From: Candidatus Spyradenecus sp.
GTDB taxonomy: Bacteria > Verrucomicrobiota > Verrucomicrobiia > Opitutales > UBA953
Direction of reading: 5' to 3'
DNA length: 64,000 nt
Assembly (NCBI GenBank): GCA_045535075.1
Contig: JAZSKX010000014.1
Span: forward strand, 192,001 to 256,000
Shown here: positions 9,875 through 20,383 of the stretch, in pieces
Position numbering within the stretch: position 1 is the stretch's first letter
Layout: every line of letters starts with the position of its first letter
Translations under genes and position numbers: made by a program
Notes under the pieces: generated by a model
The model's database searches: none
Seen by the model: the letters and a program-made list of their open reading frames with translations, nothing else
Told to the model about the DNA's origin: nothing

Positions 9875-12355
9875 ATGGGTTCTACTTCCAAGAAAAAGCG
9901 CCGTGAAGAGGGCGCGTTGATTTATCGGGTTTTTCAGGAACCGCAGGTTTCACTGCGGGAACGCGTTCGACGTTTGTTTGCGGGAACGTGGGTGCTGTTG
10001 CTTTTTGGCGCGTTACTTTCTTTTATCGCGTTTTTCGGGCGTCCGCCGCGCGTTCCGGTGGTTTACGAAGGTTTGATTCCGAATTATTCGTTTGCTGCGC
10101 CGTTTAGCTTCTCTTACACGAGCAAAATTCAGCGAACGGAGCGCGAATACAATGCGCGCCTGCATGTCGGTCCGGTTTATACGTTGAAATCGGATTCTCA
10201 GGAACGCTTGCTGGAATTTTTTTCCCGGGTTGCCGAAAAAAATCTTTCGGAGTTTGAGCGATTGAAAAAGCTGAAAGTACGCACGACGCGTGATGTCGCG
10301 ATCGGCGAGAGCTTGCGCGGCGTTTTTGAAGAGCTTCAGATTGCGGAGCTTAATCCTCGCTTGCGCCGGGCGGATATTTTGCAGGGATTGGCAATGGGGC
10401 AGTCGCGACTGATTGAGTACTGCAATAGCGCCAAGGACTACGAGAAGCTTGTTTCGGCTTCGCGGGATGTTTTTACAAATCTCGCTCGGGAAGGAATTTA
10501 CGAAGACGGATTCGGGAAAAACAAGATTGCGGGAACGGAGACGACCGGCGTCGGCGACATTGCGGGATACACGGAAAGCGAAGTTAGGCGTGTGTTTTCC
10601 GAGCGTTTGCAAAATGTCCTTTGGCAACGTGTTTTTACGGACCGGACGCGCGGGAACCTCACAAAAATCGTTGATGAGGTTGAATACATTTTTCAGCTTT
10701 CCGAGTTGTTTCGCACAAATATGTTTTTTGACCGTGATGCGACGATCCGGCAAAAAGATTTGGCGGCACAAAATGTCGGAGACACCGTTGTTCATGTTCA
10801 TGCGGGCGAGCATTTGCTTAGCGAGCGCGTTCCCGTTTCCGCTGAGATGCTTGAGCGTTGGAAGGCGTATCGCGTTGAGGAAGAAAAAAACAAGAGTCGT
10901 GTTTTCGGCGATACGCGCTCGTTTTTTTCCGACACGTTTTACACGTATTGCATTTTGCTGAGCGCTGCGATTTTTTGTATTATTTTCATTCCGAATGTTT
11001 TCAGGGAACGCCGCAACGGTATCGCGCTCGCGGGAACGTTGGTTTTACTGGACACGGTGCTGGTGCGCTTGTTTGTCAGTATTATTGAATCGTCCCGCTT
11101 CGAAGAAATTTTCGCGCATACCGAAAATATTCAGATTTGGCTCTCCGCGCCGACGATTGTCGCCATTCTTGCTTCCGTCATGCTGGGAACTCCGCTGGCG
11201 ATTATTACGTCGATGACAGCGGCATCCGTTATTGCGCTGATGCTCGGCGGGAACGTTGAATGCCTGCTCGTTTCCGCCGTCGCGGTTGTAACGTCGGTTT
11301 ATATTGCGCGTGATGCCCGCAAACGTTCCGTCCTCCTGCGGGCCGGATTGTACTCCGGAATTACAACGGCGCTGACTTCGCTGCTCGTGGGCTTTCATGA
11401 CGGGACAAGCTGGCAGTCCGTCGCGTACAATTTTGCCGCTGCGGTTGCCGTCGGCGGCGCTTCCGGGATTGTTGCTTCCGGGATGCTTTCCGTTTTTGAA
11501 GGTATTTTTAAGACAACGACCAATATTACATTGCTTGAGCTTGCGGATTATGATCACCCGCTTTTGCGACGCTTGCAGGTTGTTGCTCCGGGAACGTTTT
11601 TGCACAGTGTTATGGTTGCGGATTTCGCGGCGAAAGCTGCTCAGGTTGCGGGAGCGAATGCTGCGCTTTGCCGTTGCGCCGCACTTTATCATGATGTCGG
11701 CAAAACGTTGAAACCGGAATTTTTTACGGAAAACCAGAAAGCCGGTATCGAAAATCCTCATGAAGAGCTTACGCCTTCAATGTCTGCACTGATTATAAAA
11801 AGCCATGTGCGGGAAGGGCTTGAACTTGCGGAAGAATACCACCTCCCGCGGCCGGTTTGCGATCTCATCCGCCAGCACCACGGACGAAGTCTTGTCGGTT
11901 ATTTCATTCGTAAGGCTCGACAACTTGCCGTTCTCAACGGTGACGATTCCCTTGTGGACGAATCGAATTATCGCTACGACGGTCCGCGTCCGCAAACAAT
12001 GGAAGCCGCAATTCTGATGCTTTGTGACATCGTGGAAGCGTCGTCCCGCTCGCTGAAAAAAGTAACTCAGCAAGCCGTGGAAGACTTGGTCGAAAAGCTC
12101 GTTTATGAACGTGTGAAAGACGGTGAGTTGAGTGATTGTCCGATCACGTTGCGCCAAATCGAAATCGTGCGCAAAAGCCTTGTAAACTCGGTTTTGATGA
12201 GCTATCACAAGCGAATCGCCTATGCGGATGACGAAAAAGAAAAAACGGTTTCCGCAGGCGAAAGAGCCGATGCCGAGCCGCGTGTGCGTATCCTGAATAA
12301 GGAGGCGTTCCTGCAGGAGGAGGACAAAGCCGGAAGCCAACCCGAATCCGCATAA
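9875..12355 (+). CDS. 7TM-HD phosphohydrolase (PgpH-like, HDIG domain)
   Basis: TLLELADYDHPLLRRL, APGTFLHS, YHDVGK, FFTENQ, QHHG, YDGPRPQ; multiple TM helices. Confidence 0.92.
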   Translation: MGSTSKKKRREEGALIYRVFQEPQVSLRERVRRLFAGTWVLLLFGALLSFIAFFGRPPRVPVVYEGLIPNYSFAAPFSFSYTSKIQRTEREYNARLHVGPVYTLKSDSQERLLEFFSRVAEKNLSEFERLKKLKVRTTRDVAIGESLRGVFEELQIAELNPRLRRADILQGLAMGQSRLIEYCNSAKDYEKLVSASRDVFTNLAREGIYEDGFGKNKIAGTETTGVGDIAGYTESEVRRVFSERLQNVLWQRVFTDRTRGNLTKIVDEVEYIFQLSELFRTNMFFDRDATIRQKDLAAQNVGDTVVHVHAGEHLLSERVPVSAEMLERWKAYRVEEEKNKSRVFGDTRSFFSDTFYTYCILLSAAIFCIIFIPNVFRERRNGIALAGTLVLLDTVLVRLFVSIIESSRFEEIFAHTENIQIWLSAPTIVAILASVMLGTPLAIITSMTAASVIALMLGGNVECLLVSAVAVVTSVYIARDARKRSVLLRAGLYSGITTALTSLLVGFHDGTSWQSVAYNFAAAVAVGGASGIVASGMLSVFEGIFKTTTNITLLELADYDHPLLRRLQVVAPGTFLHSVMVADFAAKAAQVAGANAALCRCAALYHDVGKTLKPEFFTENQKAGIENPHEELTPSMSALIIKSHVREGLELAEEYHLPRPVCDLIRQHHGRSLVGYFIRKARQLAVLNGDDSLVDESNYRYDGPRPQTMEAAILMLCDIVEASSRSLKKVTQQAVEDLVEKLVYERVKDGELSDCPITLRQIEIVRKSLVNSVLMSYHKRIAYADDEKEKTVSAGERADAEPRVRILNKEAFLQEEDKAGSQPESA

Positions 12356-12357
12356 CC

Positions 12358-12891
12358 GTGAACGACGCTATTGCCATAGAATGCCGCGGCTTCAAAATCT
12401 GTCGCCGCCAAGTCAAAAAAGTTTTGAAAACTCTGCGGGAACGCGCACCTTGGGAGTTTCCCGTCGGATGGCTTTCCGTCGCGTTTGTCGATGACGGGAC
12501 AACCTGTAAGCTTCACGAACAGTTTCTCGACGATCCGTCGAAAACCGACGTAATTACTTTTCCGGGAGATGACGTTTTTACGGAGCCGAAACGACGGAAG
12601 CTTACGGGAACGCCGCGCAAGTCGGATATCGGCGATGCTTCCGGATTTGCCGGCGAAATCGTCGTTTGCGTACCGCAGGCTATGCGTGCTGCCGAAGAGG
12701 TTGGAACGACGCCTGCAGACGAAATTTTACTTTATCTCGTCCACGGCTGGTTGCATCTTGCGGGTTTGGACGATTTGGCGGAAGATACGCGGCGTCAAAT
12801 GCGCGTTGCCGAGGCTGAAGCCTTGGAAATTCTCCGCCACGCGGGAGCGGCTCCGTTTACGCGTATCTCGTTCCCGCAGGTCTTCGACTAG
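12358..12891 (+). CDS. ybeY: rRNA maturation endoribonuclease YbeY
   Basis: TDVITFP, GEIVVC, HGWLHLAGLD motif. Confidence 0.9.
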   Translation: MNDAIAIECRGFKICRRQVKKVLKTLRERAPWEFPVGWLSVAFVDDGTTCKLHEQFLDDPSKTDVITFPGDDVFTEPKRRKLTGTPRKSDIGDASGFAGEIVVCVPQAMRAAEEVGTTPADEILLYLVHGWLHLAGLDDLAEDTRRQMRVAEAEALEILRHAGAAPFTRISFPQVFD

Positions 12892-12977
12892 AGCCGTTCC
12901 CGGTGAGTGCGAGAAGGGCGATTTTTGCTTTTACGGGAACTTCTTCCCGAAAAAATTAATCATTCAGAGCTGTTATT

Positions 12978-15524
12978 ATGAATTTTCTTACATCGCTGAC
13001 GGATTTGCCGGCTCATACCATGCTTCCCAACGGAATTCGTGTTTTTTTTAGAAAAACGTTGCCGTCCGGATTGGCATCGGTTCAGGTCTGGGTAAAAAGC
13101 GGAAGCCTCCACGAGGGCGAATTCCTTGGTAGCGGGATTTCTCATTATCTTGAGCACATGCTTTTCAAGGGAACGGAGAAATTTTCGGCTGAAGAAATTT
13201 CACGGAAAGTTTCGGCGCTCGGCGGGAGCATGAATGCATATACGACGTTTTCCCGCACGGTTTATCACATTGATTTGCCGGCGGAATCGTGTGAGAGCGC
13301 GTTCGAGATTCTCGCGCAAATGGTGTTGGCGCCACGGCTCGCCGAGGAAGATGCGCTCAGTGAAAAAGATGTTATTCTGCGCGAAATCGATATGTGCGAT
13401 GACGATCCCGACAGCCGGCTTTCCGAGGCAACGCTTGCCGAGGCTTATCGGGTTCACCCGCTTCGTTTCCCGATAATCGGAAAACGTGAAATCTTCAGTC
13501 GCCTCAACTCTGCGGATTTAAAAACGTATTTTGAAAAAAGATACACAAGCGATACGATAAACCTTGTAGTCGCCGGAGACTTGGACGAAGCGATTGTTTT
13601 TACGCTCGCGGAAAAATATTTCGGCGGCGCAATGACGAAGGCGACCCCGGAAGCGTTCGTTCCCGCCGAACCGGCCCAACTTGCACCGCGGGAAGTAACG
13701 CTCTATGGAGATGTAAAAATTCTTCGCGGGAATCTGATTTGGAAAATTCCCGGATTAACGCATTCGGATGCGCCGGCGCTTTCCGTGCTTGCCGCCTTGC
13801 TCGGCAAAGGAGATTCGGCGTTGCTTTGGAACGAACTTCACGAAAAACGAGGGCTCGTTCATGCGCTTTCCGCTTCGGTTTGGACTCCGGCAAACGAAGG
13901 AATGTTTTGGATTTCCTATGCGGCGGATTTGGATAAACGACAGTCCGTCGAAGATGCTTTGCGCGAAGAAATTTCAAAAATTAAGCGAGACGGGATTGCG
14001 CCGGCGTTGTTAAAAAAAGCCTCGCGGCAAGCGCTTGTCGGTCTTGTCAATTCGCGCCGCACGGTGGCGTCTTCGGCTGCGAGCCTCGGCAGAGAAGCCG
14101 TTGAAGTCGGCGAACTCGGCGCAACGGCGGTTTTCTTGGAACGCATCCGTGCGTTGACTCCGGATTCGGTTTGCGAAGCGGCGGAAAAATATTTGCGGGA
14201 AGAGTGCAGCACCGTTGCCGCCTACGAAAAGAAACTTTCCCGAAAAACACTTTCGGAATCTTCCGGAAAGAATGCTGCATCGCATGCGGGAACGGCGAAT
14301 TTTGAAAGCGTAAGACTCCCCAACGGAGTACGTATTTTGTTGCAACCGGTAAAGGGATTTCCGAAGTTTTATCTTCAGGCAAGCTTACGAGCCGGCGGAA
14401 TTTTTGAAACACATGCGACAAAGGGCGCAAGCGCGTTACTGGCGACAATGCTCACGCTCGACGCGGGAACGCGAAAGGCTACGGAAATTGCGGAAGTCGT
14501 TGAGAGTGTCGGCGGATCATTCGAAGAAGATGTTGATGCGAACTCGATTTCGCTCGCGATAGAAACGCTTTCGGACGATTGTTCGCTCGCTTGCGAAATC
14601 TTGCGCGATGCATTGCTGGAACCGCATTTTACCGAAGAAAATTTCGAGCGCGAGCGTAGCGCTCAACTTGCCGCTTTGCGCAGCGAATACGATGAAATTG
14701 AATATTTTGCCCGCATCGCGCTGCGGGAACGCTTTTACGGGAAGGAATGTCCGCTCGGAACGCATATTTTCGGAACCGAAAAAAGCTTGGAAACTCAGAC
14801 GCTCTCCGACATTCAATCGCTTTACGAGAAAGTGGTCGTACCGGAAAATCTTGTTATTGCGGCGAGCGGAGAATTCGATCGCGAGCAGCTTTTGAAAATG
14901 CTCACGGATGCATTCGGAAGTTTTTGCGGCAAACGGGAATTTGTCATTCCGAAGATGCCTTCACCGATTGAAGCCGAGCGCGCAAGAGAAGAACAACTTG
15001 CATTTGATGGTGAGCAGGCGATTGTCCAGTTGGCGTTTCCGGATGTCGGGGCTTGTGACGAACGGCGTTTTGTGTCGGCGCTGACGGCGGGATTGCTCAG
15101 CGGAATGTCGAGTCGGCTTTTTCTCGAGGTTCGGGAAAAGCGCGGCTTGGCGTATTTTATCGGCGCTTCTCGCGGCGGCTCGCCGGAGTTCGGAATGTTT
15201 ACACTTTGCGCGGGAACGGAAAAATCCAAGACCGAGGCCGTTTTTGCGGAAATGCGCAAAGAAATGGATCGCTTGCGGCGGGGAGAAATCTCCGACGATG
15301 AATTACGGGCGACTAAAATGCGTATGTGTATTTCCCGGCGCAGTGCGCGGCAACGAGCGTCCGTTCGTGCGGGAACGGTTTTGCGGGAAAGCCTTTATCA
15401 GATTCCGATCTTGAGTGAGAACGAATTTGAGCGCCGCATAAATGAAGTTTCTCGCGAGGATATTGCCCGATTTGCCCGTGAAATACTTGCGCCTGAAAAG
15501 TCTTTGGCTCTTATTGTCGCTTAG
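12978..15524 (+). CDS. M16 (pitrilysin) family zinc peptidase, two-module
   Basis: GISHYLEHMLFKGT (HxxEH), MNAYT, SRLFLEVREKRGLAY. Confidence 0.93.
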   Translation: MNFLTSLTDLPAHTMLPNGIRVFFRKTLPSGLASVQVWVKSGSLHEGEFLGSGISHYLEHMLFKGTEKFSAEEISRKVSALGGSMNAYTTFSRTVYHIDLPAESCESAFEILAQMVLAPRLAEEDALSEKDVILREIDMCDDDPDSRLSEATLAEAYRVHPLRFPIIGKREIFSRLNSADLKTYFEKRYTSDTINLVVAGDLDEAIVFTLAEKYFGGAMTKATPEAFVPAEPAQLAPREVTLYGDVKILRGNLIWKIPGLTHSDAPALSVLAALLGKGDSALLWNELHEKRGLVHALSASVWTPANEGMFWISYAADLDKRQSVEDALREEISKIKRDGIAPALLKKASRQALVGLVNSRRTVASSAASLGREAVEVGELGATAVFLERIRALTPDSVCEAAEKYLREECSTVAAYEKKLSRKTLSESSGKNAASHAGTANFESVRLPNGVRILLQPVKGFPKFYLQASLRAGGIFETHATKGASALLATMLTLDAGTRKATEIAEVVESVGGSFEEDVDANSISLAIETLSDDCSLACEILRDALLEPHFTEENFERERSAQLAALRSEYDEIEYFARIALRERFYGKECPLGTHIFGTEKSLETQTLSDIQSLYEKVVVPENLVIAASGEFDREQLLKMLTDAFGSFCGKREFVIPKMPSPIEAERAREEQLAFDGEQAIVQLAFPDVGACDERRFVSALTAGLLSGMSSRLFLEVREKRGLAYFIGASRGGSPEFGMFTLCAGTEKSKTEAVFAEMRKEMDRLRRGEISDDELRATKMRMCISRRSARQRASVRAGTVLRESLYQIPILSENEFERRINEVSREDIARFAREILAPEKSLALIVA

Positions 15525-15542
15525 TCGTTATTTACAAAGAAC

Positions 15543-15580
15543 AAAAAAGCGTTCCCGTGATTTCGCGGGAACGCTTTTTT
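15543..15580. terminator. Bidirectional terminator between convergent genes, made of an inverted CGGGAAC pair
   Basis: A6-GCGTTCCCGTG-ATTT-CGCGGGAACGC-T6. Confidence 0.9.
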
Positions 15581-15601
15581 ATTTCTAAACTCTAATCTCA
15601 A

Positions 15602-16588
15602 TTACTCCCATTCGATGGTGCCGATGGGTTTCGGCGTGAGATCGAGCAGAACGCGATTGATGCCTTCGACTTCGTGCGTGATACGGTCGGTGATGCGGTG
15701 CAAGACATCATAGGGAATTTCCTCGATCGTCGCCGTCATCGCATCAACGGTGTTAACGGCGCGAATAATCGCCGGCCAACCTTCATAACGTTTGTTGTCG
15801 CGTACGCCGACGCTTTTGAAATCGGGAACGGCGACAAAGTATTGCCAAACTTTTCCTGCAAGTCCGCATTTGTCAAATTCTTCGCGCAAAATCGCGTCGG
15901 CTTCGCGGAGTGCGTGCAGTCGGTCGCGTGTGATGGCTCCGAGGCAACGCACGCCGAGACCCGGTCCCGGGAACGGTTGGCGGAAGACCATTTCGTCGGG
16001 AAGCCCGAGCGCTTTGCCGACGACGCGGACTTCGTCTTTGTAAAGCAGCTTGAGCGGTTCAACGAGTTCCATTTCCATGTCTTCGGGAAGCCCGCCGACA
16101 TTGTGGTGGGCTTTTACGCCGTGGCTTTCGAGAATGTCCGGATAGATTGTGCCTTGTGCAAGGAATGAAATTCCGGAGAGTTTTCCGGCTTCTTCGTCGA
16201 AAACTTTAATAAATTCGTTGCCGATGATTTTGCGTTTTTTCTCGGGATCGGCTTCGCCGGCGAGCAGGTCAAGAAAACGATCCGTCGCATCAACATAAAT
16301 AAGGTTGGCATCCAAACCGTTGCGAAACACCTCAATGACTTGCTCGCTTTCGCCTTTGCGCATCAGGCCGTGATTGACGTGGACGCAAACGAGTTGCTTG
16401 CCGATTGCTTTAATCAGGAGAGCGGCGACGACTGAGGAGTCAACCCCGCCGGAAAGTGCGAGAAGCACTTTTTTGTCTCCGACTTGTGCGCGAACCTCGC
16501 GCACCTGTTCTTCGATAAACGCGTCTGCCAAAGCAGCCGTCGTGATTCGTGCCACGGATTCGGGACGAACGTTGTTTTGTTGCATCAT
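15602..16588 (-). CDS. guaA: GMP synthase, synthetase (ATPPase + C-terminal) subunit only, no glutaminase domain
   Basis: ALSGGVDSSV, LAQGTIYPD, HHNVGGLP, RQPFPGPGL, KPIGTIEWE. Confidence 0.93.
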   Translation of the reverse strand: MMQQNNVRPESVARITTAALADAFIEEQVREVRAQVGDKKVLLALSGGVDSSVVAALLIKAIGKQLVCVHVNHGLMRKGESEQVIEVFRNGLDANLIYVDATDRFLDLLAGEADPEKKRKIIGNEFIKVFDEEAGKLSGISFLAQGTIYPDILESHGVKAHHNVGGLPEDMEMELVEPLKLLYKDEVRVVGKALGLPDEMVFRQPFPGPGLGVRCLGAITRDRLHALREADAILREEFDKCGLAGKVWQYFVAVPDFKSVGVRDNKRYEGWPAIIRAVNTVDAMTATIEEIPYDVLHRITDRITHEVEGINRVLLDLTPKPIGTIEWE

Positions 16589-16786
16589 TTTACTTCCTAG
16601 TGGATTGTTAGAAAATGTACGCGACATCGTAGCAAAAAGAATCCTAAAAATGCAATAAGCTTGCAAAAAAAAATATTTTTCTTAAGCCCGCCCTAAAAGT
16701 TTGTTCGAATCGCTTGTGTTTCGTGCGGGAACGCTCGGAATGTGCGCTTGCGGCGGGAAGGTAAAATCTGTTTCATTAGCACTCAA

Positions 16787-18145
16787 ATGTTTGAAAATCT
16801 GACAGACCGTATGGGACAGGCTTTGCGCAATTTGCGCGGCTTGGGGAAAATTTCCGAATCCAATATTGCCGAAGCGCTTGCGGAAGTGCGCACGGCGCTT
16901 TTGTCCGCTGATGTGCATTTTCGGGTCGCGCGGGAATTCTGCGAACGGGTGAAGGAACAATGCTTGGGGCAGGCGGTTTTGGCATCGGTTTCGCCCGGGC
17001 AAATGGCGATTAAAATTATCCACGATGAATTGGAGCGCCTCCTCGGAGAAAACTCGACTCAATTTTCGAATGTTCGCCCGCTTAAAGTAATGCTCGTCGG
17101 TTTGCACGGAAGCGGGAAAACGACTTCCGCCGCGAAGCTCGCGCGTTTGCTTAAAAACCGGGGAAACTACAAACCGGCTCTCGTCGCATGCGACGTTTAT
17201 CGCCCGGCGGCAATTGATCAACTCGAGCTTCTTGCGGGAACGGTTGGGGCAAAATTTTATTGCGAGCGAGACTCGAAAGACGTTCCCGCGATTGCGGAAA
17301 GCGGCTTAAAATTTGCAACGGAAAACTTTTCGGATCTGATTATTTTCGACACGGCGGGGCGTTTGCAAATTGATGAAAATTTGATTGAGGAAATCAAACG
17401 TCTGCGGGAACGCGTGCGACCGGACGAAGTGCTGCTCGTCGCCGATGCCGCCCTCGGGCAGGAAGCCGTTAACGTTGCAAAACATTTCCACGAAGCCGTC
17501 AATCTGACGGGAATTATCCTGACAAAGCTTGACGGGGACGCGCGCGGCGGTGCAGCGCTTTCGATGAAAGCGATTACGGGTGTTCCGATTAAATTCATGG
17601 GAACCGGAGAAAAGGTGGAAGATTTCGACATTTTCCACGCCGATCGTATGGCTCAACGCATTCTCGGAATGGGGGATGTTGTTTCTCTCGTCGAAAAAGC
17701 GCAGGAAACAATCGACCAAAAAGAAGCCGAACGCATCGCCGCAAAAATGAAAAAGGCGGATTTCGATTTGGAGGATTTTCTTGCACAGCTCCAACAGATG
17801 AAAAAAATGGGTCCGATCGGTAATATCATGAAAATGATGCCGGGAATGAGCGGAATCCAGGTCGGAGAAAAAGAAGAAAAAAAGATGCGCCAAACCGAAG
17901 CGATTATTCAGTCCATGACGAAGCAGGAGCGGGCGCGTCCGGAGATTTTGAACGGTTCCCGCCGTGCGCGTATTGCTAAAGGCTCGGGAACGAAGGTGTC
18001 TGACGTGAACGCGCTTTTGAAGCAATTTTCACAGATGCGGCAAATGATGAAAATGCTCAAAAGCGGCAAGATGAAAGCGCTGATGCGCGGACTCGGCGGG
18101 AAGCTTCCCGGGCTTGGCGGTTTGGGCGGAAAGTTCCCGTTCTAA
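16787..18145 (+). CDS. ffh: Signal recognition particle protein
   Basis: [29 protein letters not shown], Met-rich M domain. Confidence 0.97.
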   Translation: MFENLTDRMGQALRNLRGLGKISESNIAEALAEVRTALLSADVHFRVAREFCERVKEQCLGQAVLASVSPGQMAIKIIHDELERLLGENSTQFSNVRPLKVMLVGLHGSGKTTSAAKLARLLKNRGNYKPALVACDVYRPAAIDQLELLAGTVGAKFYCERDSKDVPAIAESGLKFATENFSDLIIFDTAGRLQIDENLIEEIKRLRERVRPDEVLLVADAALGQEAVNVAKHFHEAVNLTGIILTKLDGDARGGAALSMKAITGVPIKFMGTGEKVEDFDIFHADRMAQRILGMGDVVSLVEKAQETIDQKEAERIAAKMKKADFDLEDFLAQLQQMKKMGPIGNIMKMMPGMSGIQVGEKEEKKMRQTEAIIQSMTKQERARPEILNGSRRARIAKGSGTKVSDVNALLKQFSQMRQMMKMLKSGKMKALMRGLGGKLPGLGGLGGKFPF

Positions 18146-18183
18146 ATTTAAAATGTTTTAATTAGGCGTTTTCTATTTTTGAT

Positions 18184-18498
18184 ATGAAAAAATTTTTTGC
18201 AGTTTGTTCTGTTTTTCTTACGGCGCTTTTGTGCGGGAACGGATGTTCATACTTCATGCTTTGGCAGGTTTCGAACTATGAGCACGACGAAACACGTGCC
18301 GATCGCGAAATGCGTGCGCTTGAAGAAGAGCGCGCATTGCGGATGCAGGCTGATTCCAATTACACCGATGAACAAATCCGCGCCGTCAACGCGCGCTCTT
18401 CGCTCGGAAATCATCGCTCGTCCAATTCCCGCCCGCTCACAATCGAAGAATTGCGGGAACAACAGGAACGGGAACGCAAACTTCGCCGCCGGAATTAA
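18184..18498 (+). CDS. Small secreted/lipoprotein hypothetical
   Basis: MKKFF + hydrophobic stretch + GC; charged helical body. Confidence 0.6.
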   Translation: MKKFFAVCSVFLTALLCGNGCSYFMLWQVSNYEHDETRADREMRALEEERALRMQADSNYTDEQIRAVNARSSLGNHRSSNSRPLTIEELREQQERERKLRRRN

Positions 18499-18549
18499 AA
18501 ATTTAAAATAGCGAATTCAGGATTAATTGCTGCGGCTCTTGTTCGGAAT

Positions 18550-19482
18550 TTGCATTTTCCCGTTGTGCTGCGCTTTATCCTCAGACGCTTGCTCGAAGCC
18601 GTTCCCGTGCTCTTTGTCGTGGCAACGGCGACCTTTTTTTTAGCGCGTTTTGCTCCGGGAGGCCCTTTCGATGAAGCACGCCCGCTTCCGCCGATTGTCA
18701 AAGCGCAAATGGACGCGCATTACGGATTGGATCAGCCGCTTGCTGAGCAATATGTCCGCTTTCTCGGAAATTTAATTCGCGGCGATTTGGGGCCGTCATA
18801 CAAATATCACGGCTGGGATGTGAGCGAATTGATCGCGGATCGCATTCCCGTTTCGCTGGCTCTCGGCGGCGGAGCGCTTGCAATTGCGCTTTTGATCGGT
18901 ATTCCGCTCGGTTGTATTGCGTCGGTTAAGCCGGATTCGTGGCTTGACCGCATTCCGACAGGAATCGCAACGCTCGGAATTTGCCTGCCGACTTTCGTCA
19001 TCGGACCGATTTTAGTTTTGATTTTTTCGGTTTGGCTTGGCTGGTTCAATGCGTCGGGTTGGAATGTTCCTGCGGATTTTGTTCTGCCGTCGCTGACTCT
19101 CGGGCTGGTTTATGCCGCTCCCGTGGCGCGCCTTATGCGCGGATCCATGCTTGAAGTGCGTACTGCCGATTATATGAAAACGGCAAAGGCAAAAGGGCTT
19201 TCTCCCGTGCGCGTTTATTTTGTCCACGGATTGCGCAACGCGCTGATTCCCGTGGTTTCCTACATTGCGCCGACGGCTGCGGGGCTAATCAGCGGTTCCT
19301 TCGTTGTCGAGTCGATGTTTAACATTCCCGGATTGGGACAATTTTTTGTCAAAGCTGCGTTTAATCGTGATTTTACGATGATTGTCGGAACAGTCATGTT
19401 TTATGCCGCCGTTTTAGTTTTACTGAATTTGCTTGGCGAAATTCTTCTCGCAAAAATTAATCCTAAGGCGAAAATCGCTTAG
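18550..19482 (+). CDS. oppB: Oligopeptide ABC transporter permease, OppB-like (start uncertain)
   Basis: APGGPFD, YGLDQPL, GDLGPSY, TAKAKGLS..HGLRNA, IPGLG. Confidence 0.9.
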   Translation: MHFPVVLRFILRRLLEAVPVLFVVATATFFLARFAPGGPFDEARPLPPIVKAQMDAHYGLDQPLAEQYVRFLGNLIRGDLGPSYKYHGWDVSELIADRIPVSLALGGGALAIALLIGIPLGCIASVKPDSWLDRIPTGIATLGICLPTFVIGPILVLIFSVWLGWFNASGWNVPADFVLPSLTLGLVYAAPVARLMRGSMLEVRTADYMKTAKAKGLSPVRVYFVHGLRNALIPVVSYIAPTAAGLISGSFVVESMFNIPGLGQFFVKAAFNRDFTMIVGTVMFYAAVLVLLNLLGEILLAKINPKAKIA

Positions 19483-19502
19483 CCCCGAAATAAAAAATAA
19501 CA

Positions 19503-20273
19503 ATGAAAGCTTTAATCACCGGCGCAAGCGGCGGAATCGGTCGCGAAATCGCAAAAGTGCTCGCAGAGCGCGGCTGTGAGTTGATTTTGTGTTCCCGCGA
19601 TAAAGCGGCTTTGACCGCGCTTGCGGAAGAACTTCCCGTGCCGTGCAAAGTGGTCGCGACGGATTTATCGGTCGAAGAAAATTGCAGGAAGCTTTATGAG
19701 CAAACTCGCAACGATAATGTGGAAATTCTTGTCAATAACGCCGGATTCGGAGTTTTCGGGGCGTTTGAAAAAACGGATTTGGATGCAGAGTTGGAGCTGA
19801 TTAATCTGAACATCCGTGCAGTGCATGTGCTGACGAAGCTTTTTCTGAAAGACTTTCGAAAGCGCTCTGGGGCGTGTTATATCTTAAACGTTTCTTCAAT
19901 GGCGGGATTTTTTGCCGGACCGCTTTTTTCATCTTACTACGCTTCCAAAAATTACGTGACGCGTCTTTCGGAAGGTATCGCTGAAGAATTGCGGCGGGAA
20001 CGCGCAAATGTGTCGCTTTCGCTTTTGTGCCCGGGACCGGTTCCGACCGGATTCGGCAAGCGCGCCGGCGTCTCTTTCGGACTCTCGGGAACGCCCGTGC
20101 GGTTCGTCGCCGAATCCGCCGTTCGAGGAATGTTTGCCCGCAAGCTTTATATCGTTCCCGGTGTATCCAATAAATTATTACGTTGCCTCGGGGCTGTGTT
20201 TACTTCCCGATTCTGTGCCCGCATCGTTTATTCCCTGCAAAGCGCAAAGAAAATTGTCCGCGGGAACTCTTAG
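19503..20273 (+). CDS. Short-chain dehydrogenase/reductase
   Basis: TGASGGIG, NNAG, YYASK. Confidence 0.93.
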   Translation: MKALITGASGGIGREIAKVLAERGCELILCSRDKAALTALAEELPVPCKVVATDLSVEENCRKLYEQTRNDNVEILVNNAGFGVFGAFEKTDLDAELELINLNIRAVHVLTKLFLKDFRKRSGACYILNVSSMAGFFAGPLFSSYYASKNYVTRLSEGIAEELRRERANVSLSLLCPGPVPTGFGKRAGVSFGLSGTPVRFVAESAVRGMFARKLYIVPGVSNKLLRCLGAVFTSRFCARIVYSLQSAKKIVRGNS

Positions 20274-20352
20274 TGCCGTTTATCTGTTTGCGCCCGGCGT
20301 TCCCGCGTTTTGTTGCCGTTTATAATGTGACAAAAATGGGACACTAAAAACT

Positions 20353-20368
20353 TGGCACGGGCTTTGCA
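20353..20368 (+). promoter_or_regulatory. Sigma-54 (-24/-12) promoter upstream of dnaK
   Basis: TGGCACGGGCTTTGCA: GG-N10-GC with full TGGCACG...TTGCA consensus. Confidence 0.75.
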
Positions 20369-20383
20369 TTAAACGAAAGCACT

